A stretch of 64,000 nucleotides of DNA from Paramecium tetraurelia. Lineage: Eukaryota. The position numbers and the translations under genes were made by a program. The stretch lies in assembly GCA_000165425.1 (NCBI GenBank), contig CT868496.1, forward strand, positions 62,001 to 126,000, given 5' to 3'. Positions 51,840 through 64,000 of the stretch are shown here, piece after piece. The notes under the pieces are model-generated. The model was not told where the DNA came from. It saw only the letters and a list, made by a program, of their open reading frames with translations, and ran no database searches. How positions within the stretch are numbered: position 1 is the first letter of the stretch; the number at the start of each line of letters is the position of its first letter.

Positions 51840-54760
51840 TTGTTATTCCTATTTAATTGGTTATCATTGTGATGAGAAGAGTCTCAAACTAAAGGATTAT
51901 ATATGATTATTACATCTTATGGGCTAAATATTGAAACTGCATATAAGATTTCTGGAATGGCAAATATTAGTTTCGAATTTTTGGGATAAATTAAAGTGAT
52001 TTAGCAGCTCAAATTAAAAATGTCAAATAGTATTTGTTTTCCCTATACAATTATTCCATTTATTTTATTTTTTATCATTTGTAAATCATTGATGTCTCCA
52101 ACCGAAGCTTCTTAAACTAAAAATGTTGATATATTGCTCAATAGAGTTCCAATTAGTATTAGTGTGGCACTATTCTCATTTATTGTATCTTCACCTTAAT
52201 TATCATAAATAATGTCTTTTAATGACTCCTTACAAATAAGGAATATATCAAGATACAAATTCAAGTTACACTTGTAAGCCAATGTTTCTGAATGGTCCTA
52301 ACATATGCAATCAAAACATTCATATAGCAATTTTTTGTATTTTGGGATATGTTAAAGCAATGGTCGATAAATTAAGATGAGTTGTATCTATAAGGTAAAA
52401 AGTTCCAGAAAAGATTAATCATTATAAATAATGAAAAATCCTTAATTAATTTTCTTCTATCCTGATATTTGACTCATTAGTGCGAAAAGTTTGGATACTT
52501 ACTTCAATTACAAATCTGATAGCTTTTACTGGGTTTTTGCTGTTTAAATTTACTATTAAATTAGTATGATGAAGAATTTCATGGCTTTACCATAAATTTG
52601 ATATAATATTAGTTAAATGTTTTCAGTTGACAATCTCGTGTTTCTAGTGTAATATATGTATAAACTAATACTTATTATAAAATATGGCTTTGAACAATGT
52701 GATGATGGCAATGGAAGAATCGTAATCTTTAGCAAAAAGCTCAATATTTTCCTGTGTCAATAGTCCTGCAAGATCAGGATATCTAATTGATTCATTTTAT
52801 TATATACATTATTCTTAAGAATGCTCTATAAATATTATCGACATCTATTTCGGATGCAATACCAATAAGATCCCAAACGTATTTTAGAATATTAAGCTTA
52901 TTCATCTCAATCTAAATGCTTTTCTTTATTTGGTTGTAAATGTCAACAAGTGCATTAAGATAATCATCAGAGCAATCATCCACCCAAACAATAGTGATAA
53001 TTTTAAAGACCATAGCTCTCTTCTTTATATATTAAGGTGTATTCAGACAAGTGATATTTAATTATAAGAAGAACTGCTTCAACATGTCTGTGATAGTGCA
53101 AGCCTTGAATACTTTTCTGGGAATGTACTTTTTGACTTTCTAATAAATAAATTCAATTAATTTAAGACTGAATTCTATTAATTGAGGATCACCATAGGTA
53201 AATACTTAGAAACTATGATATTTGAGAGTATATATTACCATTCATCAAGCATAGTCTCTAAAACTAAGACGTAATTTTGGTATCTTTGATCTATACGAAT
53301 CAATTGTGAATATATTTGAGAAAGATTCTTGAAATTTTTAGTTTCTTAATCATAACAAAAAGAGTCAATTGTTGTTGCAATAAAGCTTTCTATGAACGAT
53401 AAGATTGCAATTTTTAAAATTCTTGTATTTTTTTGCACTTGTTAATTCATGATCAGTTCCACTATAAATTTTAGGATATACGATTAGCCATCAAGATTAG
53501 GTTTTGGTTCTTCCTTCTATCCAAAGTTATAGGAATCAAACCCCATATTTAAGATCTCAGTGTTTGATGTATGCAACAAAAATACTATTGTGAGACTTAT
53601 GACAGCAGCACATTAATCTAATTATTACTAATTTTCATACATTCATTATCCCCTCTTAATTGTTCGATCATCTGTTAAATAAGATTGATATTATCTTAGA
53701 TATGCGATTTAAAAAGACAATGAAAAGGCATAAAGGTTAATTCCAATAATTTTTTAAACTTTTTAACACTGCATTCTTAAGGGATTTCTGTAAATTGATT
53801 TTATTAAAAAAAAGCTTTCAATACCAAAATTAATTGATTTTACATAACCATGCTTATTTTTACATTAAATTCCTCATGCAAAGGCTGATGTAATGATCCC
53901 TAATAACTAATTTAATTCCATAGTTCTTATAATTTAATTATTGGACTATTCAAAATGACTTTGACTCCATATATCTAAATGGTTTTTTAGTAGACTTATT
54001 ATATCAACTAAAAAAAATTATCAAATTGAAATTAAAATTTTGCTATTTTTCTCAATGTAAGATTATTAATAACCCTAACTGCTAAGGAATGTATTTCAGA
54101 TGAGAATTCTACGTAATTAATAAATTAATCTTGGTTCTAATATAAATAGAGCAGTCCTTCCCACATTGCTCTTCTAAATCCTCCTTTACATTTCTTATTA
54201 TGAAATATAGATAATCTCACACAAGCAATCCTTTAAAGCATGGTTATACACTATAGAGATAGATTTTGGTCAACGTTTATGAACCCAATTGTATCTTGGA
54301 ACAGTTCTCTCAAAAATATAGGGTCGATTATCAAGTCTAAATAATAATCTGGAAACTAAGAATTAATTTGGCTTAAATACATTGGTCAATTAGGAAGTGT
54401 CCTTTCCATCATTGTCCATATCAATCTCATAATAACTTAAGTTAAAATTCAAGTTCATCAACTGATATAATATGTTAATAAAGGATTCTGCCATTGTTTT
54501 ATTTTATGTATATAATTACAACAAGGAAGATCCTTATAATTGTTAAATTTGTTAATGAATAGCTGATATTATTTTCGATAAGGATAACCTATAATAGAAT
54601 TATGCAATTACATTTAAAAGTTATTGAGGATTTTTCTAAATTCAATATACCCATTAGCATAGGAGTATTATCGAATACAACTTATTAAATTTTCAAATAT
54701 TTTAAAAAACACTATTTTATTTGCTTAAATAGTGCTGTTGATAATTTAACTTATGAGATC
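51840..54760 (+). pseudogene. Decayed Cys-rich surface/transmembrane protein gene (DUF4215/Myxococcus Cys-rich repeat family)
   Basis: GFEQCDDGN motif at about 52686-52712 and hydrophobic downstream segments, but many in-frame TGAs and frameshifts; boundaries approximate. Confidence 0.55.
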
Positions 54761-56285
54761 TTCAATTTTTAAAATGTCAACCCAATTCTTTCTCATTAGA
54801 AGTGCAATTGTAAAGATTACTTAATTTTGTACATAATTTGGATGATTATGAGTTGATTGCAAATAAATTAGAGCAATTTCAATATGTTTTGTGCAAATTT
54901 CTGTAATATTCATTCGATGATCATATTCATTATAAAAGTACTCAGTGCTTACTTTTTAATGAGGCAAATTTGTAAAATGATCCCCATTTATAAGACCTTT
55001 TTAGATAATTGAATAAAGAGCAAACGTGGTATCAGGATTACAATCTTCAAGTATTAGACTTTTAAACAATTCAATATTTGAATAATCTAGAACAAAGTTT
55101 CTGAGTAATTCTAAAACTTGTTAATTTTTCTATTCTATCAAGGTCATTATTGTTTACATTAAAATCTCCTACGCTCATAGCAACCTTTGAATTCTGATGT
55201 ATACTAGCTTTCATTACCTAAATTTAATTCATTTAATTTAATAAAATTTATAAACCAAATTTGCTTATTTAAAATTTTTGATCTAAATTCCATTTCTAAA
55301 ACCCCTTTGCCTATTGATGAATTAAACATTACCGATATATTATTTAAGAATTATATTTTTATTTTTGATTTAAAAATGTATAAATTAAGATCTTACATAT
55401 TCAAATTAGAGATTGGAAGATTACTTTATGAACTATTAGAGGATTGAAGATATAAGAAAGGTCTATATTAATTAATTAATTAAACCAAAATGATACATAT
55501 AAAATTGTTCCTCTAAAAATAATAATTAAGTTAATTGAAATTTTCCTCTCCTTATTTGTTTTGATTAAGAACATTTTATTGGAGACTTTATGAATTTTAT
55601 TAAATAACCCCATTGAGGTTTTTGAGTCACATTTGATATTATTATTGTTCTTTAAGACAGCCAAATAGATTTAAGTTCTCTATTTTACTGACTATAAATT
55701 CCATTTTTCATATATGGATGTATTTCATTTCTTTGGATGGCATCCATTTATCATTTTTAAAGTTAATAGGCAACATTCTAAAATAATTATTTCACAAATA
55801 TTCTGAGGTGGCAAGAACATACAAAAAACATGAAAATTTCAATTCATTAAGCTTGTGCTCAAAATGTAACAATAACTATTTTTCATTTATATTATAATTT
55901 TTTTTTGTAATCAATAATTTAAGAGTAACTTAAACAATTGCGATTTATTAGATTAATTCCAATTGAATTAAAATGGTTAATCAATATTAAAATTGCGAAT
56001 AAGCAATCATTCTATGTATATTTGGAACTTTAGTTGAATATTCAAAAATTAGGTCAAATTCTGTTAGACTGATAGATTTTTCAGTAATTTTTAATGTAAA
56101 TCCATTAGGTGCATTTAAGTATAGCATATAATTGCTTGAAATATTTAGATTAAAGCAAAAATAAATTGTTAAGATTAATTGATCAATTTTAAATATTCTC
56201 TTGGGTAACAAAAAATAATGTACCTAATTGAATTAGCATTTAATCAAAAAGGGTTTATTATGGAAGCTATATATTACAATATTAA

Positions 56286-58775
56286 ATGTTTAAAATATAT
56301 CAATTTTTTATAAAGTTCTTTTTTCATCCTGAAGAAAAAGCTGACGTAGGAACAAAGAAAATTATGAATTTATGGACATTAACTTTTATAAATCAAGATT
56401 TGGAGGAAAAATATTCAAATAAAGAAAAATAAAGAATCATAGTATTGTTTCGATTATAATACTTAATTCATTTCCTCATTAACGTTATCTATTTCGTAAA
56501 CAATCAATTTTTTTTGAAAAATTATTAAGTTGCTTATTTTAGAGTGGCATTTTGCTTTTGGCATATAATTTGCATGATATTGTAAGCGAATATAAAAAGA
56601 ATTCATTATAAATCATTCATAGCAATTTCTGAATTTTTTAGTTGTGTGATAACAATTTTGATCGCTTATGTTTACGTGTAGGCTTAATTGATAAATAAAC
56701 CATGCGGCAGACAAACGACTTCATAAGCTGTAAGTGGTGGAATATAAACTGGATTATTAATTATTAGTTATTTACTTGTTTGTCCTTTGTGGTTTATTTA
56801 AGGATTAATATTGATAGCAGCAACAATTTTATTTATTGGATTGATGGGAAATTTGGGCTCAATTTACTGGACATTCTATGTTCTGTTATTAATGATGCTG
56901 ATATTCTTTAGATTTCTTGAATATTACAAAAGAATAGATTTCTATACAATTTGCTAATAGACTTCAAATCTGCATGCATGTAAGAACATCTTCGATAAAA
57001 CAGTTCCAAATTCTATATTAATATTAACTGAGAACAATGATGATTTATAAGATTCCACAAATTCGGGTAAAGAAATGAAGTTAATATATAGTAATGATTT
57101 TGCAATTAAATACTTATAAGTTTCAGATGAAAATGAAATTATCAAAAAGTTAAAAAGCATTTACATACAGACTGAATAAGAATCTGAATAGGATACTTAT
57201 AATTCTTGTGTAAGTATTTATGATGTATTATATCAAAAAATGGGACAATTCGAAGAATAATTTACATAGTAATTAAAGACAAATAGAACTACCGTGATTT
57301 AAAATGAATACGATATATCAGATTTTAGTGACTATTTTTTATGTTTTCGATTTGATTCATAAAGTAAGGTGGCGTTATCTTAAAAATAATAATTAAAAAT
57401 AAAATCACATTTTGAAATCAGAGTATTGCATTGTATTTGGGAAAATAAACATTCTATTTTAGTCATAATGAATGATATCTCAGAGAAGATAAGATTGAAG
57501 CACTTAAAAGAATTGGATCAATATAAAGATAGATTATTAGCTACAGTATCTCACGATTTAAAGACTCCATTAAATGGAATGATGATTGATATTAGCATCA
57601 TGCAAAACATACTCTAATAGAAATCAAGTATTACGCATGGAAATATTGAATAACTTTGTGGTCATCTCGATGAATTTAATCAATCAGGTTAATTGTTATT
57701 ATCCATGATTAATGATCTACTTGATTATAGCTAAATCAATAAAGGGTATCTAAGGCTGATTCCAAAACCATTCAATTTGAATAACACTTTTAAATTCATC
57801 AACTCCTTGTTACTTAGATAATCAAATGAAAAGGGAGTCTAATTGATTTGGAGGAATCACATTGATCCCGATCACTCTGAGTTATTAACTGATGAAAACA
57901 GATTAAAATAAGTTTTAATTAATTTAGTTGCAAATGCCATCAAATTTACAATGCAGGGCGAGATTGTAATTACAGCTAATTAGTCTAATGAAAAAGATGT
58001 AATCGAAATTTCAGTCTCTGATACTGGGTATGGAATACCTGAGGATATATAGAAAAATCTCTTTAGATTATACAGCACTTTTGACATAGGAAATAATAAT
58101 AGACATGGTGTTGGCTTGGGATTAACTATTAGTTAATAACTAGTAACTTTACTAGGGCCAACTGATAAAATTGATCTGAAATCTTAAGTGGGCAAGGGAT
58201 CTACGTTTAAATTTATTATTTTCAGAAAATTACAGCAATCCTTAGAAAATTCATTATAGGAATTGGATTTAAATGAAAAGTAAATAGTTCCAAGATTTCC
58301 CTCTTATAAAAACTTAAACTAAATCATTAAAAAAAGAAAGACCATACAAAAGAAAGCTTAAACGTATTACAAATTAGATAGTCAAACTGATGAATGTCTA
58401 AAAGTATTAATTGTTGATGATACTCCTTTTAATATCATCGCCTTGAGTGCTATGTTAAATTAGGTGATTTATAATTGTAAACTCTATAAAGCATTCAATG
58501 GAAAACAAGCTTTTGATTTATACTCTAAAGAATAAATGAGTGTCATTTTTATGGATGTTAATATGCCAGAAATGGACGGATACTAATGTACATAAGAAAT
58601 AAGAAAATTTGAATAAATTTAAAGATTAACTCAATCTCTGATTATAATTGTCACTGCCTTCACTGGATCTGATGATAAGCAAAAATCCTAAAAATGTGGG
58701 GCTAATGATCACCTGGACAAACCTTTAAATATGGAAGATTTAAAGAAAGTAATTAAGAAATTTGGTATAATTTGA
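56286..58775 (+). CDS. Membrane-bound hybrid histidine kinase/response regulator
   Basis: Multi-TM N-terminus; H-box ATVSHDLKTPLNG; N-box QVLINLVANAIKFT; G1 DTGYGI; G2 GVGLGL; receiver VDDTPFN, FMDVNMPEMDG and KP. Confidence 0.96.
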
Positions 58776-58820
58776 TAATTATAATTTATGCTTTATTTGA
58801 TAACATATCTATCTTATTAA

Positions 58821-59939
58821 TCAATATGAAATTGTCTTTCTCAAATTATTAACTGCTTAACTAGAAGTTGGTATTTGTGTAGCAAAAATATCAAAGACTT
58901 GGTTTGCATTCTAATTTTAGTCCACCTACTCTTTAGCAACCTCTTATTCTTAATATTATGACAAATCTTTCTTGATGATCTCGAATGAAGCTTAAGGATT
59001 AATTAAGAAACTCAAGGTTTCGCCACTAAATATATTTCTAAATTGATTACATTTTAGGTATCTTCTCAAACTTTCCTATTTTATCTTCTAGTTATGGTTG
59101 CCCAGCAAATAAAATCAATGCCAGTTCTCTAAAGTTGGGTACTTTGTATGGTTGACTCTTCAGGTTTTCTGAAGTTACGGATAATTGACGAGCAACTGCA
59201 TCCAAAATCAATTAAGTTGAAATATGTGTCATGAAAACTTAATATTCTTGGAATATCTTATATAAAAGTTGGACATCATCATATTATTATAATACAAGAA
59301 TTGGGCTAAAATATAAACAATAATAAAATACAATGATGGAGAAGGTTAATAAAAGTAAAGATCTATGTCAGGTCTCACATCCTTCATATTGATTTTCTCA
59401 TAACCTTACCAAAAGACATTAGGGAAAGAGACTTAAAAGGGTTTGAAAAATGCACCCAATTCGCACAAATGAACAAATGTGTAAATCTTAGACAAGCTGA
59501 TTCCTTGTTATAATTATTGATTAGGAATGTTTTTATTTTTTAACAAAGTGTTTAGGTAGAATGTTGGGTCACTTTTATCAAGTTAATAGACAGTATATTT
59601 GAGTAAATCTAAGGCATATTTTTATTTATCATTTGCTTTTGAATACTATGAACCTAAATAATGATATTGTTATTTACAAAAATAATCAAGGAATTCAATT
59701 TTCTATCCAACAAGAAGTTTGAATACTATTCCTACAGCAAAGGCCACATCAAAATCATTATAGACTAATTTATCTGCATTTTGTGATGCTTGATGAATAT
59801 TTGTGGCAAAAACATTGTTTAGTGATTGGGCCACTTTTTTATCCATTCCCCCTGCGGTTATTCCGATGTAGGATTTAAATATAGTGAGATGCTCTTCCTT
59901 CAAACTGAATTCTTATGAAATGCTTCTGCAAGAAATCAT
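58821..59939 (-). CDS. Hypothetical protein
   Basis: Long open frame (includes track ORF 59703-59903) with short introns; start approximate. Confidence 0.65.
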
Positions 59940-61187
59940 ACTTTAATAGAAATTGAATAAATTAATTAATTAATATAAGACTAAAATAATCAACTTATCA
60001 ATTGCGATTAATTATGTCATTTTTAGAATAAAAACTGGATAAATATATACAAATTCATATTATAATTATACTTATCTAAATCATAGTATATAGTCTCAGA
60101 CTCATAAAATAAAGCTGTTTGAGTGTGATATGTATCATTTTTGAAGATTTACTAGTTTCCAGATGATTCGGTTTGCTCGATAGAAAAAAATTATTTATTT
60201 AGAGTAAATACCATAAACAGCGATTGTAAGTATTGAAATCTCAAACATATTAAATAAATTATATTCTTTCCATAATTGAAATAGTGACATTCATAGTAAA
60301 AAGCCAACTCTGTTAGACATTCAGAATTGCAAATTAATACTTTCATCTATAATCTGATTATGCAAGAAATAATAATCTAAATAATGATTGTCCATAAAAT
60401 AACGATAATATGAAGGATTGCTGTAGCTTATTAAGAAATTTATGTGCAAAATTTGATTCCATGTTAATAGTATGATATTATTCTTTAATTCTATTATTTA
60501 TATAAAAATATTTTTTATTTAATAATCAATCGAATTTTTTCTTCTATCCGTCGTAATGAACTAAAAAATACACAAAATTTGTTTTCGATTTATCATTTGC
60601 ACACCTTTAAAGATCATCTGATATAATAGAATAATGTCATACTTCTTTATTAAAATTTAATGTTAAATCCAGTCTCATTGTAGCAAAATGATTGCATGAA
60701 GTATTGTAAAATTATAGATTTAGATAACATTTGATTAATTGATGAGAGATGAACTAATTTATAAATAGAATGCTTTAATTTATTTTTGGAGTTGGACTTA
60801 GGAATAAATTTCTTCACTTTTGTTCTGAATTTTATTAGTCAATTGTGAGTGATATGGATCAATAGCAATATTAAATAACTAAGATATAAATTTTAATATT
60901 AACAAATAACAAATCAAAGCATCCTAGCAAATATATTGAAAATAAAAATGTTTTAATAATTCAAATAATTCATGATTCAAAGATAAATAAATAAATGGAA
61001 TTAGATGTTTGGAGAATGAAGACTATGAATAAAATTCATTGATTAATGAATAATATTTTAATTAGAGATATAACTAAAATTTATTTAATTTATCTCATAT
61101 TAAATAAAGAAGTGACTTAAAATTGAAGTGAATTTGTTTTTTTTGAATTTAGAAAACATTCAATATTAAAAGTAGAATAGTGTTTAA

Positions 61188-61739
61188 ATGGAAGGTTCAA
61201 AGCTTTTGAAGTACTCCCTGTAATTAATGAAAAATGATCAAGTGTGTATTGGGTTTAATTTATTTTTTGAATAAAAGATTTTAGATATAGGAACTGGTAA
61301 TTCTAAACAAAAGTTGGAATAGGCAGAATAAATAGTTGAATAATGGTAAAAATTAAATAATGAAGAGAAAATGTATTGGTAATAAAAAGAAGAAGCGTTA
61401 AAGTCACAGATTAACAGCAAAATGAATAAAAAATAGAGGCAATGCTAAACTTAAGAATAAAAGGATATTGAAGAAATTTAAAACAATATTCAATTTATGA
61501 AATTTGATGAAGCTAAATAAAATTATAAAAAAAGAATATAAGAAAATCTCCAATAATATGAAGAAAAATTAGATGATGATTCTAAAGTTTAAAAAATTAA
61601 AAATCCATAAAATAGCAAAAAAAACATATAAAGAAGAAAGCCAAAGGATGATGATGACAATTTTGAAGAAGAAGAAATAAAAAAAGGAAGAAAATTTAAT
61701 GTTAAACAATCAAAGCGAGGTGGAAAGAGAAGAATGTGA
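61188..61739 (+). CDS. HMG-box-like protein with charged tail
   Basis: GFNLFFEQ...IVEQWQKLNNEEKMYWQQKEE, followed by a K/E/D-rich tail. Confidence 0.7.
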
Positions 61740-62006
61740 ATAAATTTATCCTCAATCAAATTATTATAGAGACTCATATTTCTTGCTTTTAGTTATACTT
61801 TTTTATTTTATTATTTATTCTAGTTTGTTTATTTTCACCGAATTCACTTTTTTTATTAATAATTCTAGTTGGTTTTTCAAATCAATTTGAAATATGAGCC
61901 CCATTTTCCATAGAATCTGAAAGTAAAAATGACAAATTCTATTAATAATTTGTGTGTTTTGAATAAAAATGCATAATATATACTTTTTATTAATTATAAA
62001 CAAACA

Positions 62007-62779
62007 TCAACAATTACATTTTTATTACTATTTCTCATTTTCTTACTTTGGATTTGGTCGTAACCATAAATTAATATTCTCTTATGGTTCATTTTGAGTA
62101 TAAGAAGCATGATTTTTATCAGAGCCTGCAGCAGATGAATCCTATTATTAAAGAGATCTCATACATTTTTTTATTTTCTTCTGAATTTCTTCTCTTCTAA
62201 TTTCATGTTTCTTTTAATGATGAGTAACCTTGACAATTCTTCAAATGCTTGGGATACTCCATGTGATGTTTTAGCACTAGTTTCATAGAATAGCATAAGT
62301 TTCTCTTTTGCATAAGTTTATGCTCTCTCAGTAATAACAGCTTTATTTGGTAAATCACTTTTATTTCCAATTAAAAGGACGGTAGTATTCTTTCCTGCAT
62401 GCTTGTGAATCTCATCTATCCAAGATTTTTCGATTTCCTCAAATGATGACTAGCAAGTAGTGTCATAGACAATGACAATTCTATTGCTTAGAAAATATTG
62501 GAGTACGCATCAGCTCCTTTATAATATGCATTTGTAATGGTTCTGAATCTCTCTTAGCCAGCAGTATCCCAAATCTATAACTTTAAGCCCTTGCCATCTA
62601 GTCTAAATGTTTTGAATCTATTTTAAAATTTGAATTAACTTAAAGTCAACTCCAATAGTGGAGATATAATTTTCACTAAATGTGTCATCAGTGTATCTTA
62701 CAAGTAGAGAGGACTTACCAACTCCACTATTCCCAATGATAACAAGCTTGAACAAATAGTCGTACTCTCTGTTATTCAT
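62007..62779 (-). CDS. Rab1-like small GTPase
   Basis: [47 protein letters not shown] and C-terminal CNC; three introns. Confidence 0.95.
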
Positions 62780-62858
62780 TAATTACAAATAAATAATGCA
62801 TTAAGTATAAGCGTTAACCAAACAAATTCAATGAAATAATAATATTATATATATGCAT

Positions 62859-64000
<1,142 letters not shown>

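Noticed and set aside
60000..61150. Possible gene between the hypothetical and HMG-box genes
   Set aside because: No continuous frame or motif found; at best an unidentifiable relic.

Overview
AT-rich, gene-dense eukaryotic DNA typical of a Paramecium macronuclear scaffold (probably aurelia group). Genes read through TAA/TAG as Gln, stop only at TGA, and carry tiny 20-31 nt GT..AG introns. The supplied standard-code ORF track therefore shows only fragments or antisense shadows. Re-reading with the ciliate code gives about 33 genes. These include Ser/Thr kinases and pseudokinases, a SAPS protein, a Cache-domain membrane protein, an atypical bZIP protein, an HSF-type factor, an NADP-dependent alkenal/prostaglandin reductase and a divergent TBC protein. 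Also present are a cathepsin L-like protease, a short CSN4-like PCI protein, kinase-like+MORN, RING/TRAF zinc finger, SMP-30-like propeller, RUVBL2, a formin, WDR70-like, class-3 lipase and an ISG12/IFI27-like membrane protein. The window ends with cNMP-binding, tesmin/CXC, hybrid histidine kinase, HMG-box, Rab1-like and RPT6 genes. There are several decaying pseudogenes and one assembly gap. The most notable items are a disrupted RCC1-like+SAM+MJ1316 (RNA-end recognition) fusion gene, a Cys-cluster bZIP with a non-canonical basic region near HSF and an oxidoreductase, and the ISG12-like gene. All calls come from manual translation and motif recognition; no database searches were run and some gene ends are approximate.
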